Positions 38,010 through 50,483 of a stretch of 64,000 bases of DNA are shown one piece after another. The stretch covers positions 27,592,001 through 27,656,000 of the forward strand of contig NW_024704743.1 of assembly GCF_018977255.1 (NCBI RefSeq), in the 5' to 3' direction. Source of the stretch: Callorhinchus milii (taxonomy: Eukaryota). The notes under the pieces are model-generated. The model made no database searches. It had not been told where the DNA came from and worked only from the letters and a program-made list of their open reading frames with translations. How positions within the stretch are numbered: position 1 is the stretch's first letter; the number at the start of each line of letters is the position of its first letter. Position numbers and translations under genes: made by a program.

Positions 38010-38520
38010 TATATAATAATGAAGTTCCTGAGCTTGTTGAGATACTTTTCCAGTTGGCTCCTACTTTGCCATTATCTTTAACCAAGGATTTGGACATCAT
38101 ACACCTGCTTTCAGTGAGTGTCCTTAATATATTCTGCAGCACTACACCAATAGCACTTTATCCCACTTCACCAAACAGCAGCATAAATGTTGTCTTAGTT
38201 CTGCTTACATCCATGTCTATGCTTCACAGTATTTGAAACTACTTCATCATGCCCCCTCAACGTTATTCTTTCTGATGAGAAAAGCTCTCCAAGCTTTTTG
38301 TAAGTACAACTCTTCAGTCTTGGAATAATCAGTGCACTAAGTCACTGGCCCATGTGATGTGCACTATATAAATAAATTGTTGTTCATCATTGTTGCTCTA
38401 TTCTGTATCATTTCCCATGTTTCAATGTCCCTTTGAAGGTAGGGCATCCAAAACTATACACCACATTCCAAATGTTCGCTCATTGTTGTTCCATTGATTA
38501 TTAGAATAACATATTTTGCC
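38010..38520 (-). mobile_element. Old CR1 LINE fragment
   Basis: Degenerate match to CR1 C-terminus (GAATGTGGTGTATAGTTTTGGATGCCCTAC, like EYCVQFWxPY). Confidence 0.5.
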
Positions 38521-38879
38521 TCATATTCCCCTACACTGAGGAATGCCCTTCTACAACTCCTCATTTCTATCCCCTCAATATCTGTCTTCAAAAATTAAAA
38601 AACTACAACTTCTAAAACTCTATTTCTTCGAACGTGTTTACAATCACCTCCCTGCTTCCTTACTTGTATCTCCAACGATGTTACTTTACCTGAAGGAAGT
38701 GATATAAATGCTTGTTTGTTATATACGAACCTCTATGAAGATGTAGCCAGGTGAAGCCCAGTCTTTGAATAATATTATAAGCAGCAGTTTCTTAACATTT
38801 GGAAACATGCAATCTAATAAACATAAACATCTGATGAACATTACAAATTCTTCCCTTTGTCTTCTCTGCTAATGGACAA

Positions 38880-39460
38880 AGCTTGGCAGAATGTTTTAAT
38901 CCCAATGCCCATCCTTTTGCCATACCCCATTATACCTCTGTTACCCAGTTATCAGTCAATCTTTCTTTTAAACATCCTTATTGATTCTACAACTACAGCT
39001 TTCTAGGGCAGAGTATTCCACCTCCACAGAGAATTCTGTCCTCTCACTTAATCTTTCTGTCTCTTCGGGCAACCCTCCGAGATGTGAGCCCATGTGAAAG
39101 GCGTTATATAAATGCAAGTTGTTGTCGCTTGTATATGATTTCACCTGTCGTTTCATAATTTGCAGCATCTCCTTGTTTAGTGTCATCCACAACTTAGACA
39201 TAGCCCCTGTATTTTCTGTATCTAAGTCATTAATAAATAGGGTGAAAAGCTGGGGCCCTACCCCAATCTCTGGGGAACACCACTTCGTACCTCCCACAAA
39301 CTAGAGAAGGTCCCTTTTATCTATCTCCTAACCAATTTCTTATCCATGACACAGTATTTTCTTCAATTCTATGCGCCTTAAATTTAGTTGATCTTTTTTT
39401 ATGTAGCACTTTATCAAACACTTAGAAAAATACATATAAATGACATTTATCTATTACCCC
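38880..39460 (-). mobile_element. Old CR1 RT fragment with an inserted L2-type tail
   Basis: GPQLFTLFINDLD in ORF 38968..39297; tail fragment at ~39075-39128. Confidence 0.7.
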
Positions 39461-39514
39461 TGCAGTTCAAAGGGTAGACCGTATCCTACTACAATTGTGG
39501 GACATGATTTTATT

Positions 39515-39695
39515 GTTATTATTATTATCCTTGCATTTGATATAGCGCTTTTCATGTCTTCTAGACGTCTCAAACTGTTTCACAGAATATACCATAAATT
39601 GACTGTATATTTGTTAGCAAAACGCGGCAACCAATTGCACACAGCAGTGTCCCTCAAACAGTCATGGATTGAAGTGACCAATTTAGTATTTTTTT
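39515..39695 (-). mobile_element. tRNA-derived SINE family, 3' half
   Basis: ATCCTTGCATTTGATATAGCGCTTTTCATGTCTTCTAGACGTCTC on + strand. Confidence 0.8.
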
Positions 39696-39749
39696 TTATC
39701 TACCCTTCCTAAACCCATGTTGACTGTCTCTAAATCCACATGTTATCCC

Positions 39750-40130
39750 ATGTGTCAGGTAGGCTCAGTTGGTAGCATGATTGCCTCTGGGGCAGAGGTG
39801 GTAGGTTCAGGCCCTGTCTTGGGGATTTTGAGCTTATGGTCAAGGCTGACATTCATTTGCAGTGTAGAGGGCAAACTGCATCGTAAGGGGTGCCAAGATC
39901 TTGTGTGCCTTTTCAGGTGGACCTTAAAGAACCCATGACATCATTTGTAAAAAGAAAAGTGTGTTCTGCCCGGTAAAAATTGATCATTCACTTCCCAACT
40001 GTTTATCTCTGGAACGTTGCTGTGCACAAATTGGATGTTACATTCCCCTATACTTAACAGTAATTACTGTGAAGTGCTTTGCAATGTTTTATTGTGATGA
40101 GGTGCTATATCAAATGCTAGGATTATTATT
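39750..40130 (+). mobile_element. DeuSINE-type SINE, degraded full length
   Basis: GGCTCAGTTGGTAGCA head, TGCCTTTTCAGGTGGACCTTAAAGAACCCATG core, GGATTATTATT tail. Confidence 0.7.
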
Positions 40131-41096
40131 ATTTCCATATGTATCCTGAAAATCCAAGTCAATTTATACGTACTATGCATCTTAGATCCATTAATTTAAT
40201 TACTGCCTTAGAGAACTCCTGTAGATTTGAACGATATGACCTGTTGCTTGTAAAGCCATGTTAACTGTTCTTTATAGTGTATGTGCTTTTCAGGTGACCT
40301 TTGATCATCTCATGCATTTTCCCCACTGCGGGTGTTGGACTATCTTGACTGTAATCTCCACATTCATGGCTTATTCCTTTTTTGAAATGACAATAACATT
40401 TGCTATCCTACAGCAACCATTACAGCTCCAGTTTTCCTGGTCTGTGATAGTTATCATGTCAAATACTGTAAACGCTCTGGGATGCTACCCTCTATAAATG
40501 CAAGTTGTTGTTGTTGCTTCTCCCATCTCCCCTTCCCCCCTTTTTTTTTTACGAGTGAACTATGTGCCTAAATCAATCTTAATTAGTTTAGAATAATCTG
40601 TGTGGTCACCCAGAATTGAAAATGGCGCCAAAATACTTTGATGGAAATCGGATTACACTCCGTGGAGTTCAGCTCAATCCAGATCAATATTTTTGTTAAA
40701 ATATGTGATTTTTAAAAAAAATTATAAGAAATATATTAGTGGTTTAGAGCCAATTTACTGCTTCCAATCATTTAATTCTAACTGTAGAGCAAGCAGTCTG
40801 ACTGCTTATTTGGTAAAGCTCATTTCTGCAGCATGAAACAGATCTAAAATGTCTAAGGTTGAATTTCTAGACAACATTGAGGTACGTAATCTCAATCAGG
40901 CAGTAAGGTAGAGCACTGTAATTTATGTCAATGCCCCTTGGCAAGAGAGGGGAAAATAATGCAGAGATCCTGTACTTGGTTGGTATCCAGTTTCTGCTAG
41001 AAAGTGCTTGTGCATGGATTTTGGCGGACAAAAGATATGGAGTCAGCCATGATGAACCTAATGATCAAACAGCCTCCTAACACTCATTGTCTAAGG

Positions 41097-41325
41097 CAGT
41101 GGTGGCCAACCTATATAATTTGCCAACAAAATACATTTTCTTGATTTAATATTTCTTGATCAATGCTGTAAATGGCACATTTAAAGGCATTATAGCAAAT
41201 GCAATTTATGCCATAAATCAAGAAATATTCAGTCAAGAAAAAAAACTGAAAACACATTGGACTGATTGAACATGAACTACCTAGATTCGTGCAAATATTC
41301 GGGGGTCACTTCTTGATGACCACTA
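41097..41325. mobile_element. hAT/Charlie-type MITE
   Basis: Ends CAGTGGTGGCCAAC and TTGATGACCACTA; 8-bp TSD GTCTAAGG (41089-41096) / ATCTAAGG (41326-41333); internal inverted repeat. Confidence 0.75.
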
Positions 41326-42424
41326 ATCTAAGGTCACAAATAAAAATTGTTAACTATTGTCACCAGACAATAGCTGGTGCCCAGAAAACTCCACCCCAGA
41401 ATCAACCAGTGCCTCATCAGGAAAATAAAATGATGGAGAAGGGAAATACAACATTGCATATTTTGTAACTAAATTATCTTCAGGGTTCTGTAATTGCAAT
41501 TTACCTGAAGTAATATAGAACTACATTCAAGCTCACATGCTCCACAGTCATACATTGTTGATGCTGAAAGCTGTGTCCACAATGTTAGTGGGCATTGGAG
41601 AGACACGAAGTTGTTGGATTAGGGTTAAACCATATAAAAGTGACCCGTAACAGTCATACTGTGGATTAGTTTCACCAGTTGTGTCTACTTGCCTCCCACT
41701 AGATAAGTGCAAAGTCAGCAACCAAGCTGTTGCAAATAGAAGGCAAGTGGACCTGCAGTCAGCCTGATCTTTCAACAACAGCTTGCACTCATATAACACC
41801 TTTCACATAGAATGAATGTCTCAGAGTGCACTGATATAAATTCAAAGTACAGAGCCTCAAACTTTATTTTGCATTCAGTTATTTCTGTTTTTCCTGCAAT
41901 CTCAGTTTCAGTCAGGGCTATTGTCACAAGTGATGAAAAAAGTGTAAATTAAAGTGAAGAAAATATAAATGTATAAATAAAAGCAATGGAAAGTGGGCCG
42001 CAGTGAATAGGTTCTTGACAACAATGGCTTTGTCCCAAAATAAACAAAGTTATGACTCATGGATTTGAGATGTTAAATTATTTGAGGACTTAAATTATTT
42101 AGAAATAAATGTAAGAGCTAGTTTTTATTGACTACTGGAATTTGGATTTCTTCTGAATTTTAATCAATATGGTTTTGTTTTGTGGCTGCTTATGGGATAT
42201 AAATGTGTATAATTGAGCTGCCATGTTTTCCTACAAATACAGTCACTCCAATTCACATGAAATCCTGTGAAATACTTTCTAGAGAAATCATCTCTAGAAA
42301 TATCCAGCATGAACGGCGTTATACTAAATGTGAGGATTATTATTCTATTGTTATTGTTATGAAAACAAGAATAGTATCTGCTTGGAATCAGTGTTGGAGG
42401 ATATAGCGATAATTGTGGTTTGAG

Positions 42425-42794
42425 ATAATAATAATAAAAGTAATCCTTGCATTTGATAGTGTTTTATCACGTCTTCTAGACGTCTCAAAGAGCTTCACAG
42501 AATATGCTGTAAAGTGAATTGATTGTATATTTTGTGGGTGAAATGCAGCATTCAATTGCGCACAACAGTGTCCTATAAACAGTCATGGTTTGAGTGACCA
42601 CATTTTTTTTTTAAGGGATTATTACCCACGGAAAAGCGATGCGCCAATCGACTAACAACTGGGTTCCTTACTGCTAGGTAAACAGAGGCGTGTGGAGTAA
42701 GGAAACTTGTCCACCATTTCGCCATGCCCGGGAATCGAACCTAGGTCCTCTTGCTTGCAAGGCGTGTGCTCTAACCACTAAGCGTCAGGACTCC
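42425..42794 (-). mobile_element. tRNA(Ala)-derived SINE, full-length long variant
   Basis: Minus-strand head GGAGTCCTGACGCTTAGTGGTTAGAGCACACGCCTTGCAAGC...GGTTCGATTCCC, central module, tail. Confidence 0.9.
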
Positions 42795-43069
42795 AGATGA
42801 ACAAATATTTCCAAGGACACAATGATCGCTGTGTGTCTGGAGCCAGGTGTGGTGGGAGGAGAGTGAATGCTGTATGTACAGGGAAGAAGACTTGTCCAAA
42901 ATAATTAAACCAAAAGAATATTCAATAATTATTGATAATTTGCCTTCAGGAGTTCCTGATGAGGAAGGTTTTGAATGGTTTGTGAAGGGGGCAGGCTTAA
43001 TGGGTCTTATAATGTTTTGTCTTTGTATTCTTTCAATGCATTATATGCCTAAATTTAACACTTAGGTCC

Positions 43070-43695
43070 TAGCCTGGCTCAGCTGACCCAGAACTCTAAC
43101 CTCTAACTCAGAAGATCATGGGTTAAAGTCCTGTGTTGAGGAGTTTGAACTCACAGTCTAGGCTGACATTCCAATACAGTGCTGGGGGAGTGCTGCATTG
43201 TTGAAGGTGCCAATCTTTGGATGAGAAGTTAAACCGAGATCCTGTTTGCCTGTTCATTTGAATGTTAAGGAATACATCCACAACAACAAGAGTACATTTG
43301 TGTAACGCCTTTCCCGTCAGGAGGACGTCCCAAGGCTCTGGACAGTGTACAGCATTTCAGACCTGAGCTGGGGTCAGGGAGGGAGAAGGGAGGGTGACCG
43401 ATGGCATGGTCAAAGAGGAAGGTTTTGAGGCGGGACTTGAAGAAGGCTAAGGAGGGGGGGAGGCGGAGTGATAGGGGCATGGAATTCCAGAGGTTGGGGG
43501 CAGAGTGGCTGAAGGCTCTCCCGTCAATGGTGGATGTGGAGCATTAAATTGATCGTTCACCTCTTGACATTTTGTGCTCAAATTGACTGTTGTGTTCATC
43601 GACAAAATATAGTCACTAGATTTAATTAATGCAAGGTACTTTGAGACGTTTTGACATAATAAAATTTTATATCAAATACAAGGATTATTATTAGA
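43070..43695 (+). mobile_element. DeuSINE-type SINE interrupted by an L2 3' end
   Basis: GGCTCAGCTG head, GTGCTGCATTGTTGAAGGTGCC...TGCCTGTTCA core; body resumes ~43545. Confidence 0.75.
43277..43540 (-). mobile_element. L2 LINE 3' end
   Basis: SLAFFKSRLKTFLFDHA (ORF 43265..43480), stem-loop GGGACGTCCTCCTGACGGG. Confidence 0.85.
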
Positions 43696-44319
43696 CTTTA
43701 TATTGCCTTATTTTAAAAGAAAATTCAAATCCATCGATTTATTTAATTGTATCAACTTTGGCTCCATTTAATTGTTTTGTTATTCTTTTTCTCAGCCTAA
43801 TCTGATAATTTACGTAAACCACTATGTTATTTAAGATACCATTAAAACTTGTCATGTGGGTAATTCATGTCCCCATTGATTCACCGTAGATCTTGTTACA
43901 CTGCCTCCTCTTATATGAGATCCATTACTTTCTGAAATGATTGACATGAGGGGCACAATTGTGAGCCCTCCGTTATATCATTTACACTTAATTATTAGGC
44001 CAGGAGAAAATATCAGAACAATTTATGTGACCTAGGTAAGTAATCACAGGCAGTTCTGAGCAGAAGAACCACTCAGAAACATTCACAGTAATTGACTAGA
44101 ATGGAAAGTAATGCATGAAAGTAATTATTATGCCATTGGTACTCACCTGACCTCTAAAAGTTGGCAAATGGATTACAGTCAGGCTGATGTTTTGAATTAC
44201 CACCAATCTCCCATTCTACATGAATCCTGGCTTTGTTTAAGATGAGTCACAATTGGCTATTTCTGGCAGGCATGTTTTAGCTAAAGTTCCCAAAAGGTTT
44301 CATTGCATTGTCAGGGATT

Positions 44320-44580
44320 CCATCTGACGGATGAGACATTAAATCAAGGTCCCGTCTGCCAGTTCAGCTAGATGTTAAAGATCCCATTGCCCTATTCAAA
44401 AATAGAACAGCCAACAATCCAATAGATAAAATTGATCATTCACTTCATGGCTGCTTATAGGACATTTCTTTGTGCACACTGGCTGCCATGTTTGCCTACA
44501 AATACACGATCACTGCATTTTAGAGTAAATCCTGTGAAGCACTTTGAGATATCCTTCCAATATCAAATGCAAGGATTACT
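44320..44580 (+). mobile_element. DeuSINE-type SINE, 3' part
   Basis: GGATGAGACATTAAATCAAGGTCCCGTCTGCCAGTTCAGCTAGATGTTAAAGATCCCA. Confidence 0.75.
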
Positions 44581-45184
44581 TCACTTAACCCTTCCAAATG
44601 GTGAATATTTTCTAAACTGTGAGATAAAACTTGTAGCATTAATTTATTAACACCAGCGTAAACCAACTTAATAAATATTCCTTAAATAAACAATCGAAGC
44701 AGAGAGTGACGGTTATTCTCCCTTTGAGAAAAGACTCCCCAATTGGATTGAAACAATGCACTAAAGAAAAACACATGCTCCAAGCCATACATTACATAAC
44801 TAATGTAACCAGCGGAACTTTTTTATTCAGACATGTACATGAAGTGCCAAGATCCTTACTGTATGATAGCAGGTAGGTCAAATGACATACTGGGAAAAAT
44901 AGATGGGGTCAAAATTGTGGTATTCCTAAATACATTTAGTTCCTCGTTTAAATAGAGCAACTAAAATGTTATCTAAAACAACTCCCCTCCCCATTTTCTG
45001 ATTGAGAGCCAATGCCGAAACTGACTGAACAGCCTGGGCCGAACAATCTTGCATTACTTCAGTGAATAATGGAAAGAAGTCTTATTGAGCTTTAGTCAGT
45101 AACTTCCTCAGCTACTTGGGACATCCTTCAGATGTGAAAGATGCCACATGAATGCAATTTGTTCTACTTGTTGTTCAATTGTGA

Positions 45185-45477
45185 CTTTAACTCAGATAGT
45201 CTAGGTTGACCCTCCAATGCAGTGCGTGGGATGTGTTGCATCATTGGAGATACCATCTTTAGAATGAGAGATTAAAACCAGGTCCCATCTTTCTGTTCAG
45301 GTAGATGTTAAAGATCCCTGGGAGCCAATCCTCCAGATAAAAAAATATTATACACTTCATTGCTATATGTAAATTGGCTGCTGAGTTTGCCTACCAAAAC
45401 GCAGTCACTCCACTCTGAAGTTTGAGACGTCTCAGTGACGTGACAAAGTTTTATTATCAAATGCAAAGATTATTATT
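45185..45477 (+). mobile_element. DeuSINE-type SINE fragment
   Basis: CTGTTCAGGTAGATGTTAAAGATCCC core and GAGACGTCTCAGTGACGTG stem-loop tail. Confidence 0.7.
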
Positions 45478-48169
45478 CAAGTGATGGTAGCCTAACTCAA
45501 AATGATTAGGCCAGTATCCACCAACATCCTCCCACTGTGAAAGGCACAATATCAATGTAAAATTGTATTGTCCAAGAGGATATTTTATGTGCTCACAAAC
45601 AGCAATGAAGGCCTCAGTGAAATCGCTGGGCCCAGATGGGGATGAAATTCTGCAATTTCTGGTAAAGTATGAATTACAGCAGAAAATGGGGTGATGAACA
45701 TTGAATTTGGTGCAGTCAGAATGGAAGGAAATGAAACTGCTTTGCTTGTAAGAGATGCTTTATATATAAGACACTTGTTACTATTGGAAAATAGTGAAAG
45801 TTTTTGAACTTTTCTCAAAGTCAGATCTGAGCTTTTAGAGGTGAATTGTTGCTAGGATCTCTTCTCAGAAGAACAACACCTGACAACATTTCCATACTCC
45901 TGTATGAATGTAAATTCATCATCATCTTGGCAATAAAGGAAAAATTGAAAAAATTTTAAGTGGGCAGGAGAATCAACAAGTTTTCTGCGTGAGGAAAATT
46001 TTCTTTTCACAAAATAAATGTGCAGTCATTCCTTTGACTTCACCGGAGATATCTTTTACAATGGAGACTAATAGTGAATAGTGGCTTTATTATTGCTAAA
46101 TGCATGTGGGATCGAGGTCACGTACATTTATAGGAGTGAAAAACATAACATTGCAGAACATATTCAATGTGATAAATTTATTACAAATGTCGACATTTTT
46201 CATTTCATTCCACAGCTAATCATAAAGCTAATCCCCACCCACCACTCACGTATTGAGCCAGCACAGCTCTGAGCAGACCCTGCTTACCCTTTCCCCCACC
46301 CCACCCCCGAGGAAGCCAGTCAGTAATTGGTCTTTTGACATCTGAAAAGTGCAGGTTTGAGCCCTCACGTGTATCAGGGACGTTATGCGAGCTTCCTGGT
46401 GGGATGCATGAAATGAATGAAATGTGTGAGAGCAATGGCACTATTTTCCTACCCACAGCTTGGACATACACTCACTTCGCATTGAGCGATGGACCCTCAT
46501 TTAGAGGTGCAGAGCTTGGACATCAGCTGCTTATTTATTTGCAAATCAATCAAGATGAGTTCTAGGCCCTGGATACATGTCCATGTGTATATAAACATAT
46601 TACATCAACTGGAAAATAAATCAAGACTTAGGTAATACATTCCAACAGTCATCCCAAGCCTCAGAGTTTCCTTATCAGTATTTCACAAACATTTGCCTTC
46701 AGTGTGGAGGAAGCACCTTTACAGGACACCATGCGATGTGCTAGCCACTGTGATGATCCAGAGGTGCAGGTCTAATGCCACGTACCAGGCTTAATCAACA
46801 CCGACTGCTTAATCCTGGTGCTCATATGAGGAGGTTTCACAAATAGACGTACTTACCATCAAGCTGACTCCATCTCAAAAGTGCTAAGCAACAGGTCAGA
46901 ACCTTTCCTTCCTTGAAGCCTCTTCCCCTTTTTGCCACAAAATCCATCTCAATGTTTGACCCAGGACTTCAAAAATGACCAAAGGAATGCCCTCTACTCC
47001 ATGTCATTACATTTCAAACCATTATCAGGAAATCAATGTAATAGGGATGGAGGAGAGATATATCAGAATTAATGTGCTTGGATCAGATATATCTTTAACT
47101 AAGGTTGGCCATGTTTCATCATCTGGAAAATATTTGACATCCTCCTCACTTTCTAAAGATGTACATCATTTGATGGATTGTTCTGTTCAACCCTTTCCTC
47201 CCACCTGACTCTGAATCAGCTGATCTCATTTAAGTCTTAACAGCAACATATTATAACTACCAATATAACAGAACCTATGTCACAGAATTGTACCTTCCAG
47301 CCCAGTCAACCTTCTGAATTTATTCATCTAACCTTTGTTACATAATCATGACAAGATCAATACTGCTGCATAGCACATTTATAAAAGATGTCTCAATGTT
47401 CAGTCCGATCAGGTTGCTGGAAACACAATATAATGCAAGCAAGAATGTTTCTAAACTACAGCCATTATTTTTTTAAAATGCAGTAATTCCAAAATTTGGA
47501 AGCTTTAACTTGTTCAACGCAGAGATTTTATATTGGTTCAGCTATTTAAAAAATATATAATTTTCCTTAAGAGCAGTTTTCCATTAAGTATAGGGTTTCT
47601 TAACTGGAAATAATGAGGGCTTCACTTACAGAGTGCATGAGGGAACATTCATCCATTCCCTCATTCACTTTATTCAACTTCATTAAAATCCACTTCAGCT
47701 TGTTTCAGTAAATAACTTGGCTATCTTGTTGGTTAAGACAAAATTTAATCATGACTGCAGCAAAATGTGAAGAGGAAGGTATAAGCTTATTAGTCACTGA
47801 GCCTCTGGCATGTTCAGGTCTTTGTTTTTTTGTTTTTCATTTTTTCAATGCTATTGTAAAATGGGGTCATTATATATCATTATATATCAATTTGTTCAGA
47901 ACAGAGAGCATCTCAATTTACATTTTTATTTTACTTAGCCTGCTCTCACCAAAGAGTGGGATACAATGAGATGTGATGGATTTCACCTTTGGGAAACTTT
48001 CCTTTGAGACAATCGGAGATATTGGTATAACTGGAGATTTTCATAGGATAGGAGCAAATGTAATTAAGTCTGATTGAATGTCATATGGAAAGTGGTTAAT
48101 GGCGACCTGATGATATCAAAGTTGGCCATTTCTTTATCTCAGGAAGTTATAATGGCTGACTTCCAGGTC

Positions 48170-48477
48170 AATAATAATAATCCTTGCATTTGATATAGCG
48201 CTTTTCACGTCGGGAGGACGTCCCAAAGCGCTTCACAGAACACACTGTAAAGTCAATTGACTGTATATTTGCGGGCAAACGCAGCAGCCAATTGCGCACA
48301 GCAATGTCCCACAAACAGTCGTAGATTGAAAATTACCAATTTATTATTGTTTTGGAGGGATTATTATTAGGCGTGTGGAGTAAGGAAACTTGCCCAAGGT
48401 TTCGCCCTCTGCCTGGAATTGAACTCAGGTCTCTCACTTGCAAAGCGAGTGCTCTAACCACTGAGCTACAGGACTCC
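48170..48477 (-). mobile_element. tRNA(Ala)-derived SINE, full-length short variant
   Basis: GGAGTCCTGTAGCTCAGTGGTTAGAGCACTCGCTTTGCAAGTGAG head; central module absent; ATT tail. Confidence 0.9.
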
Positions 48478-48669
48478 ACATAATAGAGCAGCGCCGATGT
48501 CACTTCCAGTTTGCAGGTGTACAGGAAAGCAGGAAGTGATATCGATAGCAAACTAATGATCCATAAGTCAGCCATTTTACTAGAAAAAGCCAACCTACCC
48601 TCAGGAAGGGAGTAGGCTGGAAATGCATACGTACAATAAATGGGATCCTCAGCGCAAGCACGCTCCAAG

Positions 48670-48790
48670 CACAGAAACAGGTAATTCAGCCCCTCAATCC
48701 TGTTCTGCCATTCTATGAGATCATGGCTTATCTGTACCTCAACTCCAATTACCTGCCTTTGCCCCATATCCCTTGATTCCCCGATCTAAC
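48670..48790 (-). mobile_element. CR1 3' UTR fragment
   Basis: AATCAAGGGATATGGGGCAAAGGCAGG...AGCCATGATCTCATAGAATGGCAGAACAGG on minus strand. Confidence 0.75.
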
Positions 48791-49289
48791 AAATATTCAC
48801 TATAGTCAAGTATAACAGGGCTGCACTCTTTTTATGTGGGGTGGCTATGAGTTTCAGCCTGACTGGTATTCTGTACATTCATGCATCAGGGCCCAAAAAG
48901 ACGTGGTCCCTCTAACAGATGGAGACTGCAAATAATAGTAGTCTGTCAACTACAAATATGGCACAAGTTAAATTCTTGAAGATTTTTAGTGGCGGCCACT
49001 TAAATTATGGATCACAGACTGCAGCCTTTCCATGCAGTTTTACAGGATCGTGACTTAACTAAATTGATATCTTGTAAAATGGCATCGAAATATCTGCCTC
49101 CACTTTGGAAACAGCAGCCCAATTAAATGGGAATCCAAGATAGTGGCTTTGCTCATTCTCAGTTGGCTTTTGTCGTTACTGTTATTCAGAAGTCCGGAAG
49201 GAGACTTTCAAAATACATCTTTCAGAAAAATGTGGTGTAAGCAGGAGATGCACATGCCTGAGCGCAGCAAACACAAATTGCACAAAATT

Positions 49290-50290
49290 GCTGCAAAATG
49301 GAGAGGAAATTGACAAAGGAAATTACGAGGAAAAAAAGAAAAATAGCAAAGCTTGTAAGGAAAAGACATTGAACGATCATGAAGCCATACAGAGTCAGGT
49401 AATAAAAAGACATTAGGGTGCCAAGAGATACAATACACAATACAAAATTACATTTGTAAAAAGCCTTTCATATCAGGAGGATGTTCCAAGGTGCTAGACA
49501 GTCAGGAATTTGGACCAGAGCGGGGGGCGGTATTCGGGTAGGGGAAGGTGGAGGGCAGGGAAGGTAGGAGGGTGGCCAGAATGGGATATAGCAGCGGCTG
49601 TAAACATAACACCAATACATCTTTCAATATCAGTAACAGTAAGAGGGTAATCGGGGAGGTAGAGCTAAGACCAAAGGGATTTGAAAATGAGGATGAACTG
49701 AAAGTAGCAAACATATTAAATTACTGCTTTCTGGGAGTTTTCTGCACAGTGGACACTAAAAATATGCTGTCCGAAATTCAATGTGAGCTCCAGGACATTG
49801 ATATTTGCAAGGCAGCGTTTCTAGATAGGAGTCAAAGCTGAAAGGTACTAAATTGTCTGAGGAAAAATGAATTGTATCCCAGGGTATTTAGTGAGAGATT
49901 TGTGAATAACTGACAGGCATTTTGAGGCAATCAATACATGTTGAGGTGGTTCCAACAGTGTAAATACAGGCATATGTAATCCCCATGTACTCAAAAGGTG
50001 TCGGAACCATACCTGACAACTATAAACACATTAGCCTCATCTCAATAATTGAAAAATTAATGGAATTAATAACCAGAAGCAGAATGGAAGATTAACTGCA
50101 TGAAAATAGCCTAATGAATGACAGCCAGCATGGCATCAGAAAGAATAGGTTTTGCTTGACCTACCTCATAAATTTCATAGTGGGAAGCTTTGCAGAGCAA
50201 TATATTTGACTTCAGAAAACCATTTGACAAAGGAACACCCAAGTGCCTCCTTTAGAAATTAATATGGTAAGCATCAACGCAGAATACAGC
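49290..50290 (+). mobile_element. Old CR1 ORF2 fragment upstream of the RT core, with an L2 tail inserted at ~49440-49590
   Basis: NSKRVI...KVANILNYCFLGVF (CR1 AEILNxYFxSVF-like), later NYKHISLISI and SQHGIRKNRFCLT. Confidence 0.7.
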
Positions 50291-50483
50291 CCTGTTCCAT
50301 ACTAAAATAGCATTACTAAGATTTTGGGCGACTCCCAATATTCCACCCTTAACATTGTTTATGTCCTATTAAACTCATTTTCTAATGAATAAAATACACA
50401 GGCAAGTAGAAAGATTTAATAATAATGCTTGCATTTGTTACAGCTCCTTATCACGTCATCGAGACAGCACTAGAGACAATCAA

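Noticed and set aside
48816..49030. hAT MITE with CAGGGCTGCA / TGCAGCCTT ends
   Set aside because: Right end is imperfect and there is no 8-bp TSD
49190..49398. 209-nt open + strand exon candidate with AG/GT boundaries
   Set aside because: Its lysine-rich 3' part is continuous with the decayed CR1 ORF2 fragment that follows; A-rich composition explains the open frame
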